In this document: piece after piece, positions 15,907-25,253 of the stretch
How the letters are laid out: every line of letters begins with the position of its first letter
How positions within the stretch are numbered: position 1 is the stretch's first letter
Virus record (IMG/VR): IMGVR_UViG_3300046170_000505
Reading direction: 5' to 3' (one strand)
DNA length: 64,000 nt
Source: a virus
Made by a program: the position numbers and the translations under genes
The notes under the pieces: model-generated
Told to the model about the DNA's origin: nothing
Database searches by the model: none
Seen by the model: the letters and a program-made list of their open reading frames with translations, nothing else

Positions 15907-17777
15907 CCTGGGAAGTAGGAAAGTATAATCCGATTAAGGCAGAAGATTCGGTCAACGATCAACTGCTTAAACTTAAAGGGCATCTTGACGAGCAAGATGC
16001 CAAATATAATCTACATAATTTTCTTAAAGAAAATATTACTTTTACAACTAATTTATTGTCGGGGGTAGAATTATTTCCTTTTCAACACTTGGCAATTAAA
16101 TCGATGCTCGAAACGGATTATTTTTTAGGGATTTGGAGCCGTGGTATGTCCAAGTCTTTTAGCACTGCTATATACGCTTTTCTAGACGCAATCTTCAACC
16201 AAGGAGTTCAGATAGGTATTCTTGCTGCAACATTCAGGCAGTCAAAAATGATATTTGAAAAAATAGAAGATATCGCAAGCAAACCAGAAGCACAGTTTTT
16301 ATCTCAATGTATTACAAAAAAATCCAAGAAAAACGACCAATGGACTTTAGAAATCGGAGAGTCTAAAATAATTGCTTTGCCACTTGGTGATGGTTCTAAA
16401 CTTCGTGGATTCAGGTTTCATAGAATTATTATAGACGAGTTTCTTTTAATGCCTGAGCATATTTACAATGAGGTTATACTTCCATTCTTAAGTGTTGTTC
16501 AGAATCCAACCGAAAGGGAAAAGGTGAGAAAACTTGAGGATCAATTGATCGCTCAAGGGAAAATGGAAGAGAAAGACAGGTATGTCTGGCCTAACAATAA
16601 ATTAATAGCTTTATCTTCTGCAAGTTATAAGTTTGAATATTTATATAAGGTATATGAGACATTTGAGGATCTTATTGTTAATGGAGTGCCTCCTGGCTCA
16701 AAAGATACCTCTAGAAGGGTAATCATGCATTTGAGTTATGATGTTGCTCCTAAAGCTCTGTACGATCAAAATTTAATCAATCAATCTAAGCAGACCATGA
16801 GTCAGTCTCAGTTTGACAGAGAGTTTAATGCTATTTTTACTGATGACAGTTCTGGCTACTTTAAAACCTCTACTATGGCCGCTTGCACAATAAGTGAAGG
16901 AGATGCTCCTCATATGGAGGTAGCTGGAGAAAGAGATTCTAAATATTTGCTTGCTTTTGACCCCAGTTGGGCAGAAAGCGAAAGTTCAGATGATTTTGCT
17001 ATACAAGTTTTTAAATTAAACGATAATACTAAAACTGGAACGCTTGTTCATAGCTACGCAGTCCCTGGATTAAAAATGCAAGATCATATAAATTACTTTC
17101 ATTACATACTAAGTAATTTTAATATTGTTTTTATAATTGGAGACTATGGTGGAGGTGTACAGTTTTTACAGGCTGCAAATGCTAGTGAAAAGTTTAATCA
17201 ATCAAAAATCAAAATCGAAGAAATAGGTGTTGAATTTGATGATCTGGAAAACTATCAAAAGGTTTTGGTGGAAGCTAAAAACGCTTATAATTTGAAAGAA
17301 AGAAAGATTTGTGTACTTAGAAAGCCAAGTTCTGATTGGATAAGAAGAGCCAATGAACTTTTACAGGCAAACTTTGATCATAAAAAAATATGGTTCGGCT
17401 CGAGACCTTTAGATGAAAACTATCACAAGCAAGTAAAAAAAGACATACCTATTAACGATTTGATATTTATGCCCAACCAAAAAGAATTACTAAAAGGGTC
17501 GGGGACTTCAAAGATAATTGACTTTATAGACCATCAATATGATATGGTAAACTATACCAAAAATCAATGCGCATTAATACAAGTTTCAGCTTCTCCACAA
17601 GGAACTCAAACATTTGGGCTACCTCCGAGCTTAAGAAGACAGAGCGGCCCGAATAAAACAAGAAAAGACTCTTATTCCGCTTTTGTTCTTGGTAACTGGA
17701 TGATTAAAACTTATTACGATTTTATGGATGCCGAAAGTTCTCCTACAGAAAGTACTTTTATTCCCTACATGGTTTAA
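15903..17777 (+). CDS. terminase large subunit
   Basis: SRGMSKS Walker A, LRGFRFHRIIIDEF Walker B, LSSA coupling motif, LAFDPS...DD nuclease. Confidence 0.9.
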   Translation: MTWEVGKYNPIKAEDSVNDQLLKLKGHLDEQDAKYNLHNFLKENITFTTNLLSGVELFPFQHLAIKSMLETDYFLGIWSRGMSKSFSTAIYAFLDAIFNQGVQIGILAATFRQSKMIFEKIEDIASKPEAQFLSQCITKKSKKNDQWTLEIGESKIIALPLGDGSKLRGFRFHRIIIDEFLLMPEHIYNEVILPFLSVVQNPTEREKVRKLEDQLIAQGKMEEKDRYVWPNNKLIALSSASYKFEYLYKVYETFEDLIVNGVPPGSKDTSRRVIMHLSYDVAPKALYDQNLINQSKQTMSQSQFDREFNAIFTDDSSGYFKTSTMAACTISEGDAPHMEVAGERDSKYLLAFDPSWAESESSDDFAIQVFKLNDNTKTGTLVHSYAVPGLKMQDHINYFHYILSNFNIVFIIGDYGGGVQFLQAANASEKFNQSKIKIEEIGVEFDDLENYQKVLVEAKNAYNLKERKICVLRKPSSDWIRRANELLQANFDHKKIWFGSRPLDENYHKQVKKDIPINDLIFMPNQKELLKGSGTSKIIDFIDHQYDMVNYTKNQCALIQVSASPQGTQTFGLPPSLRRQSGPNKTRKDSYSAFVLGNWMIKTYYDFMDAESSPTESTFIPYMV

Positions 17778-17825
17778 AGTTAAAAGTTGACTTTAGACTT
17801 TAAAAGTAGACTTTAGTCGACTTTG

Positions 17826-17835
17826 GTGTAATATT
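17826..17835 (+). promoter_or_regulatory. late promoter motif GTGTAATATT
   Basis: 4 nt before the portal ATG. Confidence 0.65.
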
Positions 17836-17839
17836 ATTT

Positions 17840-19843
17840 ATGCCAAGACAATACACCAAGCGATCTGATTACTGGAATAAGTTTAGTCAAGCCGAACAAA
17901 GCCCTTCTAATTTAGAAGACGTCTTAAAAAACTCTCAAGAAGAAATAATTCCAGCAAGCGCTGGAGAAGCTTACTATACAGAAGCCTCATGCGTAACTAG
18001 AAACGTAGGTCAGGTTGATCAAGAAGGAGCGAGTAGGTCTAGAAGAAACAGGGCTCCTGTAGCCAAAAAGCCAAACTCTTTCGCAAACATAGAAGCATTA
18101 AAACTACCATACGAATATTCAAAGGGTTTTGTGTCGCCAAGGCATTCTATACATATGTGTCAAAAAGCATATGCAAATGTCCCTATATTTCGTAATGCAA
18201 TTGATGTTATGGCAGAGTTTTCCAACTCTGATATTTATCTAGAAGGAGGCTCTGAGAAATCTAAACAATTTATAGAAAAGTGGCTCCATAGAATAGAATC
18301 ATGGAAATTAAAAGATCAATATTTTAGAGAGTATTATAGATCTGGAAATGTTTTTATTTACAAGATAGATGGAAAGTTTACTTCTGAAGACTTGATTAAA
18401 ATGAATCAAATCTATGGCGCGGAGTCTTTTGTCCCAGGAAGAAGGATTCCTATTAAATATGTTTTTCTTAATCCTTATGATTTTGTAGCTGATAGAACTT
18501 TAAATTTTGGAGAAAAAAATGGCGTATATAAAAAACTTTTAAGTGAATACGATATCGAAAGATTAAAAAATCCTCAGACAGAATACGACAAAGAAGTTTT
18601 TGACGCTTTACCCCCTGAAGCAAAAGAAAAAATAAAAGAAGGCGGATACCTTAAAGATGGAATAAAAATATACCTTGATCCTAAAAAACTTGTTTTCTCT
18701 TTTTATAAAAAACAGGATTATGAACCATTTGCTATTCCTTTTGGATTTTCAGTGCTTGACGATATCAACTGGAAAATGGAACTTAAAAAAGTTGATCAGG
18801 CTATTACAAGAACGATTGAGAACGTTATCCTGTTAGTCACAATGGGTAACACTCCAGACAAAGGAGGGGTAAACCCAAATAATTTAAAAGCCATGCAACA
18901 GCTTTTTCAAAACGAAAGCATCGGCAGGGCATTGATAGCTGATTATACAACTAAAGCAGAATTTATTATTCCTGATTTAAATAAAGTTCTTGGCGCCTCT
19001 AAATATCAAATAGTGAATGAAGACATTAAGGAAGGCCTTCAAAACATAATCGTAGGAAAAGAGAATTATTCTAGTACCCAAGTTAAAGCTCAAATTTTTC
19101 TTGAAAGATTAAAAGAAGCTCGCAACGCATTTCTTAATGATGTATTACAACCTCAAATAAAAGAAGTATGCAAAATCATGGGCTTCAGAACTTTTCCTCA
19201 AGCTAAGTTTGTAGAGATTGATATTAAAGATGAAGTTCAATTACAACGCGTCACCTCAAGATTAATAGAAATGGGAATTATAACCCCAGAACAAGGAATG
19301 ACTGCTTTAAAACAGGGAGTTTATCCTGACCCCAAAGATCTCAAAGTTGCACAAGAGCAATTTGTTGAAGATAGAGAAAAAGGATATTACACCCCACTAA
19401 CAGTTGCGCAACCAATATTACCAGATGACGCCCCTGCTCCCGCACAAAAGCCAAAAGTTCCAGGGGAAACTGGTAGGCCAGCTGGAACAAATACTAATAC
19501 CGATAAAATCTTTGCGCAAGACACTCACAGTAGAAAAGATATTCAAAGCGTTATATACAAGATAGAAGATTTAAGAAAATATTCAGAATCTTCTTTAAAA
19601 AAACAATACAACAAGAAAAGATTATCTAAACAGCAAAAAGAAATGCTTGATGATTTAACTCAAAGCGTTGTTATGTCTAAACAAATAGAAAACTGGGAAA
19701 GCACTATAGAAGCATGCATAAAAGACTTTAATAATATAGAAAGTCTTGATGTAATGAATAATGTTTTAGAAGTTGGAGAAAAACATGAACTTGTTTCTTA
19801 TCCCGCCGCTATACTTTATCACAGTAAAAAAATAAATAAATAA
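17840..19843 (+). CDS. portal protein
   Basis: Follows terminase; AYANVPIFRNAIDVMAEF, YYRSGNVFIY, C-terminal GRP motif. Confidence 0.8.
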   Translation: MPRQYTKRSDYWNKFSQAEQSPSNLEDVLKNSQEEIIPASAGEAYYTEASCVTRNVGQVDQEGASRSRRNRAPVAKKPNSFANIEALKLPYEYSKGFVSPRHSIHMCQKAYANVPIFRNAIDVMAEFSNSDIYLEGGSEKSKQFIEKWLHRIESWKLKDQYFREYYRSGNVFIYKIDGKFTSEDLIKMNQIYGAESFVPGRRIPIKYVFLNPYDFVADRTLNFGEKNGVYKKLLSEYDIERLKNPQTEYDKEVFDALPPEAKEKIKEGGYLKDGIKIYLDPKKLVFSFYKKQDYEPFAIPFGFSVLDDINWKMELKKVDQAITRTIENVILLVTMGNTPDKGGVNPNNLKAMQQLFQNESIGRALIADYTTKAEFIIPDLNKVLGASKYQIVNEDIKEGLQNIIVGKENYSSTQVKAQIFLERLKEARNAFLNDVLQPQIKEVCKIMGFRTFPQAKFVEIDIKDEVQLQRVTSRLIEMGIITPEQGMTALKQGVYPDPKDLKVAQEQFVEDREKGYYTPLTVAQPILPDDAPAPAQKPKVPGETGRPAGTNTNTDKIFAQDTHSRKDIQSVIYKIEDLRKYSESSLKKQYNKKRLSKQQKEMLDDLTQSVVMSKQIENWESTIEACIKDFNNIESLDVMNNVLEVGEKHELVSYPAAILYHSKKINK

Positions 19844-19871
19844 AAAGTTTTTTCCGTGTAATATATATTTT

Positions 19872-21440
19872 ATGGATCTTCCTTTTAAATATACTACAAG
19901 TTTTGCAGAAACTGTTGTTCTTTCTGAACTTGATAAAAAAGATTTAACTTCTTTTGCTTCTTTAACTTCCTTAAAAGATATTATGCCCGAAGGTATTGAT
20001 CTTGAAAAAAATATTGATTTAGTAGGGGTAGCCTTTAATGCCGCAGTAGCAAATAAGTTTAATAAAAACGGAGATGGAATAGATTCTTCAACCGCTATAG
20101 CAATAAAAGATTATTTTATTCATAAGCCAGCAAACATTGAACATAACAAACAAAAAGTGGTTGGTCACATTGTGGGATCTTCTTTATCGAAGTTTGGAAC
20201 AAATGAATTAATTTCACCAGAAGAAGCTTCTACTATAGACGGACCTTTTAATATTGCTTTGTCAGCAGTTGTATATAGAAGCGTAAACCCTAAGTTCGCA
20301 GAATTGGTACAAGAATCTGTAAACGAAAGCAGCGCAAATTATCAAATGGTTTCTGCAAGCTGGGAAATTGGATTTAATGATTACGCTATTGCTGTGGGTG
20401 GAGATGATTTGCATGAGTGCGAAATCGTTGAAGGCGAAAAGAAAGATGACTATAAACAATTTTTAAAAGCTTATGGCGGAAGCGGGAAAACAGATAAAGG
20501 TCAAAAAGTCAGCAGATTAATTATGGGTGATATTTATCCTTTAGGTATTGGGTTTACCGCCAATCCAGCTGCTGAAGTAAAAGGATTAACGGTGATCGAA
20601 AAAAATAATATTGAAGCCTGTGAAAAGCCTGTATATGAAAAAATAGAAGTTTCTAATAATATTTTTACAGAAAAAATTTCCCATTACACAAAACCCGATG
20701 TAATTTTAAACAAGAATCAAAAACCAGGAAAAAACATGGAACAAGAAATTCTCAAACAACTTACTGAAACTCTCGAGTCACAGGCTTCTGAAAAGAAACT
20801 TTCTCAAGAGGCTATCGCTAATATTACCAAGGTCTTTCATGACGCAATTGTTGACAAGAGTGAACAATGGAAATCAGACAAAGAAGCCCTGGAAAATCAA
20901 AAAGAAAATTTGGTAAAGGCTTCCGAAGAGTCCGCCAAAGAAATCGAAGATCTTAAAACTCAACTCGCTTCTGTTAATGAAGATCTTGGAAAGATCAAGA
21001 CTGAAGTTGAAGCTCGTGAAGAAGCTGATCGCTTTAACGAAAGAATGAGTGAACTTGACGACATGTTCGAATTAGAGGACGAAGATCGCGTAATCATCGC
21101 TTCCGAACTTAAAGGCATTAAAGAAGTTAAGGCTTATGACGAATACAAGTCTAAACTTTCTGTTACCTGGAATCATAAGACTAAAGCCTTTAAAGAAGAA
21201 CAAGAAAAACTTTTCAATGAAAAACTAGAAGCAGAAGTCCAAAAACGCTTGGGTGAACTTTCCGACAAGGAAACCGTAGAAGCTTCCAGTGAAGAAGTTG
21301 CAGAAGAAGCTATTGAAAATGCAGAAGCTGAAGAAGAAGCTGTTGCAAACAATAACGCTGATTCAGCACAAGAAGATTTGTCTCTTAGAGAACAATTCAA
21401 ACAAGCTTTCTCGAAAGACAACGTAACAATTCAACTATAA
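19872..21440 (+). CDS. prohead protease / scaffold fusion
   Basis: NKNGD, NIEH..VVGHI, SASWE, G.GFTANPAA N-domain; acidic coiled-coil C-domain; GTGTAATATA at 19856. Confidence 0.75.
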   Translation: MDLPFKYTTSFAETVVLSELDKKDLTSFASLTSLKDIMPEGIDLEKNIDLVGVAFNAAVANKFNKNGDGIDSSTAIAIKDYFIHKPANIEHNKQKVVGHIVGSSLSKFGTNELISPEEASTIDGPFNIALSAVVYRSVNPKFAELVQESVNESSANYQMVSASWEIGFNDYAIAVGGDDLHECEIVEGEKKDDYKQFLKAYGGSGKTDKGQKVSRLIMGDIYPLGIGFTANPAAEVKGLTVIEKNNIEACEKPVYEKIEVSNNIFTEKISHYTKPDVILNKNQKPGKNMEQEILKQLTETLESQASEKKLSQEAIANITKVFHDAIVDKSEQWKSDKEALENQKENLVKASEESAKEIEDLKTQLASVNEDLGKIKTEVEAREEADRFNERMSELDDMFELEDEDRVIIASELKGIKEVKAYDEYKSKLSVTWNHKTKAFKEEQEKLFNEKLEAEVQKRLGELSDKETVEASSEEVAEEAIENAEAEEEAVANNNADSAQEDLSLREQFKQAFSKDNVTIQL

Positions 21441-21458
21441 AAATTAGAGGATAATAAA

Positions 21459-22148
21459 ATGGCAAATAGACTACTTCCATTCAGACAATACAACGAGCAC
21501 TTCGTAATCAACCTCTTTCGGTTGAAACTCGAAAGTGAAACTATCGCAGGCTTTAAAGCTGACAATGGCTCAAGCGGAAATCATGACGCTGGACTTTTGG
21601 TAAAAGTATCAGATGCAGACTGGGCAAAATCAGAACCTGCTGGTTACGATGTAGCTTCAGCTGAAGCTACAGTACTTGACGGCTACCTTGGCGCTTCCAA
21701 GAGTAATTTCCCTCATGTTGCTGCTAACTCTTATCCAGCCGCTCAACCTATGTTTCAAGTGGCAGGAGCAACAGAGCGTCCTTTGGGTGTAACTCTTCGT
21801 CAAACTCTTGCGTTTGATGAGAACGGAGAAAAACTTCTTTACTATCGTCAAAAGCTTGAAGATCTTTACGGAGTTCTTCCTGGTGAAGTTGTTCCCGTTT
21901 TGACAAAGGGTATCATTACCGTTGCTAAGTCTGCATGCGTTGAAGCTCTAGTAGCTGGCCCAGTTTACTGTGGCGCTGGTGGAAAGTTCACTAAAGAAGC
22001 TGGCAGTGAAGATAGTTCAAACCAACAAGTCGGAACTGTGATCGGCATAGGAGACAGAGACGACGTATTTGATGGATCGAAATCCCCCGACTACTTTGCT
22101 GATGACGGATCCGACGGAGCTTATTATATCATCAATCTTGATCTTTAA
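21459..22148 (+). CDS. capsid decoration/cement protein
   Basis: Between scaffold and major capsid; codon usage of a highly expressed gene; GAGG RBS. Confidence 0.6.
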   Translation: MANRLLPFRQYNEHFVINLFRLKLESETIAGFKADNGSSGNHDAGLLVKVSDADWAKSEPAGYDVASAEATVLDGYLGASKSNFPHVAANSYPAAQPMFQVAGATERPLGVTLRQTLAFDENGEKLLYYRQKLEDLYGVLPGEVVPVLTKGIITVAKSACVEALVAGPVYCGAGGKFTKEAGSEDSSNQQVGTVIGIGDRDDVFDGSKSPDYFADDGSDGAYYIINLDL

Positions 22149-22177
22149 TTTTAAATAAAGAGAGGACAATAACAAAA

Positions 22178-23347
22178 ATGAAAATCACACTCAAAAGAAC
22201 TGAAGAACAAGTAGAACTTGTAAAGGCAATGGCATCCCGCAATCGTGAGGTTGCATATGAAGCCCAGCAAGCTTTGGCCGAATTTATCGGGCCTGTCCTC
22301 GCTGAAGTTGTCAACCAGGCTCCTACTCTTAGTAACCTTTTCACGAACTTCCAGTTCAATGAAATGGACAGCCCAAGCATTCCGCTTGACTTGTATTATG
22401 ACATTACCGCGCCTGATTATGTAAAGGTATACAGCACGACTGTTCCTGGTGGATTGCCCACTAACACCGTGACTCCTACCAGTCAGGAAATGAAATTCAG
22501 CACGTATCGTCTTGATACCGCTGTTGACTTTGACAAGCGCTATGCAGCCAAATCCCGCATGGATGTTGTTGGTAAAACTTTTACCCGTATCGCTCAAGAA
22601 ATCATGATTCGTCAGGAAGCTACTTCTGCTAACTTGATCATGGGAGCTCTTAAAGAAGCTCGGACTAACGGAAAATCCCATCTTATTGAAAAAGCTGCTG
22701 GAGAAACTTTAAACCTTGCAGATTTCAATCAACTCCTTACTCTTGCAAAGAGAATCAACACCGCATGGACGGGTTCCGCTCCAGAAGGTGGACGCATCAA
22801 GGGCATTACTGACCTGATTATGTCTCCTGAGCAAGTTGAAGGATTAAGGGCTTTGGCTTATCAACCAGTTCACACTGGCAGCAAGAACGACATTGCCGCT
22901 ACTGACTCAATGCGTGAAGCTATTTACAACAACGCTGGAATTCCTGAATTCTACGGTGTTAGCATCATGGAAATCAATGAGCTTGGTGAAAATAGCGATG
23001 CAGCTACTGCTGGAGATGGCAACCAAAAGTTCACCAAGGTGTTTGATACCTTGCAAAGCGACAAAGATGTCCGCGATGTTATCGTCGGCCTTGACCGTTC
23101 TCGCGAATCTTTGTTCCGTGCAGTTGCAGTTGATTCTGAAACTAGTGCAGAGCTTAATTTGGTTGCTGATGATCAATACAGTGTTCGTCAGTCCAAGATC
23201 GGATATTATGGATCCATGGAAGAAGGTCGCATGATCCTTGATGACCGTGTTCTTACTGGATTCGAATTCACTAAGACTACTGCTGCTGCTGCTGAGGGTG
23301 ATGCTACCGAATCCACCGAAGAAGCCGAATCCACCGAAGAAGCTTAA
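22178..23347 (+). CDS. major capsid protein
   Basis: Position, size (389 aa), codon bias, RBS GAGAGG, terminator downstream. Confidence 0.8.
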   Translation: MKITLKRTEEQVELVKAMASRNREVAYEAQQALAEFIGPVLAEVVNQAPTLSNLFTNFQFNEMDSPSIPLDLYYDITAPDYVKVYSTTVPGGLPTNTVTPTSQEMKFSTYRLDTAVDFDKRYAAKSRMDVVGKTFTRIAQEIMIRQEATSANLIMGALKEARTNGKSHLIEKAAGETLNLADFNQLLTLAKRINTAWTGSAPEGGRIKGITDLIMSPEQVEGLRALAYQPVHTGSKNDIAATDSMREAIYNNAGIPEFYGVSIMEINELGENSDAATAGDGNQKFTKVFDTLQSDKDVRDVIVGLDRSRESLFRAVAVDSETSAELNLVADDQYSVRQSKIGYYGSMEEGRMILDDRVLTGFEFTKTTAAAAEGDATESTEEAESTEEA

Positions 23348-23372
23348 AGTTAGTTTTCGATAAAAACCTTTC

Positions 23373-23400
23373 AAAAAGTCCACCTTCTGGTGGATTTTTT
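23373..23400 (+). terminator. rho-independent terminator after the capsid gene
   Basis: AAAAAG-TCCACC-TTCT-GGTGGA-TTTTTT. Confidence 0.8.
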
Positions 23401-23446
23401 GTTTAATCAGGTGTATAATAATTTAACAAGGAGAAAGGATAACATT

Positions 23447-23878
23447 ATGCCAAGAAAAAAAACAACCAAAAAACCTGCAACAAAAAAAGTTCAGGCCAAA
23501 AAACAAGAACCCCAAAAAGATAAGGTTAAAAAAACAATGGAATTTGCTGACGGCAAAGATCATTTAAAAGAAGAAGCGGCTGAAACAAGAAACCTGGAAT
23601 CAATACTGGGAATGACTGAGCCAAGCCCTTTTTCAGAATCTGATGCCAGCGTTTTTGAAAGTAATCTGGAAAATATGAATCTAAGCGAAATGCAAGCAAT
23701 TGCAGTAAAAGCTGGAGTATTTCCTTCTGGAACAAAAATGATGCTTAAAACCAAGCTTATAAAGTCTTTTAAAAAGTGGGAGCAAGGCCATGGGAACGTG
23801 GTTCAAATAACCAGGCCAGTAGTTGACCCAGATTCCGAACAAGGAAAAGCTTTGTTAAATTTAATTAGGGAACAATAA
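23447..23878 (+). CDS. hypothetical late protein (start revised to ATG at 23447)
   Basis: GTGTATAATA at 23411 and AAGGA RBS precede MPRKKTTKK. Confidence 0.7.
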   Translation: MPRKKTTKKPATKKVQAKKQEPQKDKVKKTMEFADGKDHLKEEAAETRNLESILGMTEPSPFSESDASVFESNLENMNLSEMQAIAVKAGVFPSGTKMMLKTKLIKSFKKWEQGHGNVVQITRPVVDPDSEQGKALLNLIREQ

Positions 23879-23879
23879 A

Positions 23880-25253
23880 GTGTCAGAACAAGATGAAAGT
23901 CAAAGCAGCGAGGCTAATGAAAGTCAAGATGATGCGGGCTCTTCATCTGAAAGCGCTTTTTCTGTAGTTTCCAGGCAATTAGAAAGTGATGTTTCTGCTG
24001 GAGTTAAGGTTTTCGTCTTAACTCCTGCTTTTGAAAATACGGAAGATCTTTCTGTATTTAGCGTAGGAGATACTGTCGTATTCAATAAAGGTAATGCTCA
24101 AAACGAAGAAACCGCTCAAATAGAATTGCTTGGAGGAAGTTCTATAACCTTAACTCAACCTTTAACTAAAAATCATACAGCAGGCGATTTCGTAACAATT
24201 TCAGAATCTAACGCTGGGAACTTGACTGTTAATCAAACTTCTGTTGTTACTGATTCTTTAATAGTTGGAGATCCCGATCAAAGCGAAGAGGAAAATATTT
24301 TAGAAGTTGAAGATGGTCATATAGCTGCTGATGCAGATATTACGGTACAAGGAGATATTTTTGCAGACGACGCATCATTTGATAATCTTGATATCCAAGG
24401 AGACATAACAGTTCAAGGTGAAACTGTTGACTTAACGAACCTATCAAACAACAATGTTGCGCAAGATTTATCCGAAGTTATAGAGTCAATAAATGAAGGT
24501 TTAAGCGGTGTAGCTGAAGCGATAACTAATAAAGAACATACACACGGCGATAACAGTGATGTTGATCACGATCACGGCATTAGACCAACTCAGCCTTACG
24601 TATCACCAAACTATGCTACAGATCCAACCTCACCATGTCCAAATACTGGATATTACATGAGGGTAGATGAATGCACAAATTGTTATTTTGAAGAAAATTT
24701 AAATCAAATAGGAGCTTTTGCAAAACAATTAGTTGAGTTTGAGTTTGATTATATAACTGGAGAAGCTGCAGTGAGAAGCGAGCTTTACACTATATCTGGA
24801 TCATTAAGCGGTAGGCTTGGAGAGATGAATGTTTTACTGAATCAATCTTTTTGTTATACTGGTTGCGATGGAAACCCTTTTCCTAGACTAGGAAAAGAGG
24901 AGGGTGACATACTGCAGCACCTTTACATGAGAGACTACAACACAAAACAAGCGCAAAAGATAATGCGAGGCCTTTACGACGAAAATACAACAGCTAGTGT
25001 TATTCAGAACGAAGCGGAATGGACTGAACTATCAGAAGGTGATACAACTATCAGAAGAAGCCCTGGAAGCTCTGCTTCATCTGCCAGTAATAGAATCGCC
25101 TTGAGTAAAGATTTTAAAGCTTTATCTGATGATGCCGACAGAAAAATAAAGCAACTTGTTTATAATTATAATATGTACGGAGCACAGCCAAGGCAAGTAG
25201 CTGGTGAAGATGGGGCTTATAAGGCAATAATACAATCAAGAAAAGATAATTAA
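23880..25253 (+). CDS. putative head-tail adaptor with an N-terminal extension
   Basis: Position after capsid; C-terminal WTELSEGDTTIRR...YNMYGAQPRQVAG. Confidence 0.5.
   Translation: MSEQDESQSSEANESQDDAGSSSESAFSVVSRQLESDVSAGVKVFVLTPAFENTEDLSVFSVGDTVVFNKGNAQNEETAQIELLGGSSITLTQPLTKNHTAGDFVTISESNAGNLTVNQTSVVTDSLIVGDPDQSEEENILEVEDGHIAADADITVQGDIFADDASFDNLDIQGDITVQGETVDLTNLSNNNVAQDLSEVIESINEGLSGVAEAITNKEHTHGDNSDVDHDHGIRPTQPYVSPNYATDPTSPCPNTGYYMRVDECTNCYFEENLNQIGAFAKQLVEFEFDYITGEAAVRSELYTISGSLSGRLGEMNVLLNQSFCYTGCDGNPFPRLGKEEGDILQHLYMRDYNTKQAQKIMRGLYDENTTASVIQNEAEWTELSEGDTTIRRSPGSSASSASNRIALSKDFKALSDDADRKIKQLVYNYNMYGAQPRQVAGEDGAYKAIIQSRKDN

Noticed and set aside
22151-23383. Minus-strand ORFs 22151..22681 and 22907..23383 over the capsid gene
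   Set aside because: Antisense open frames typical of strongly codon-biased genes
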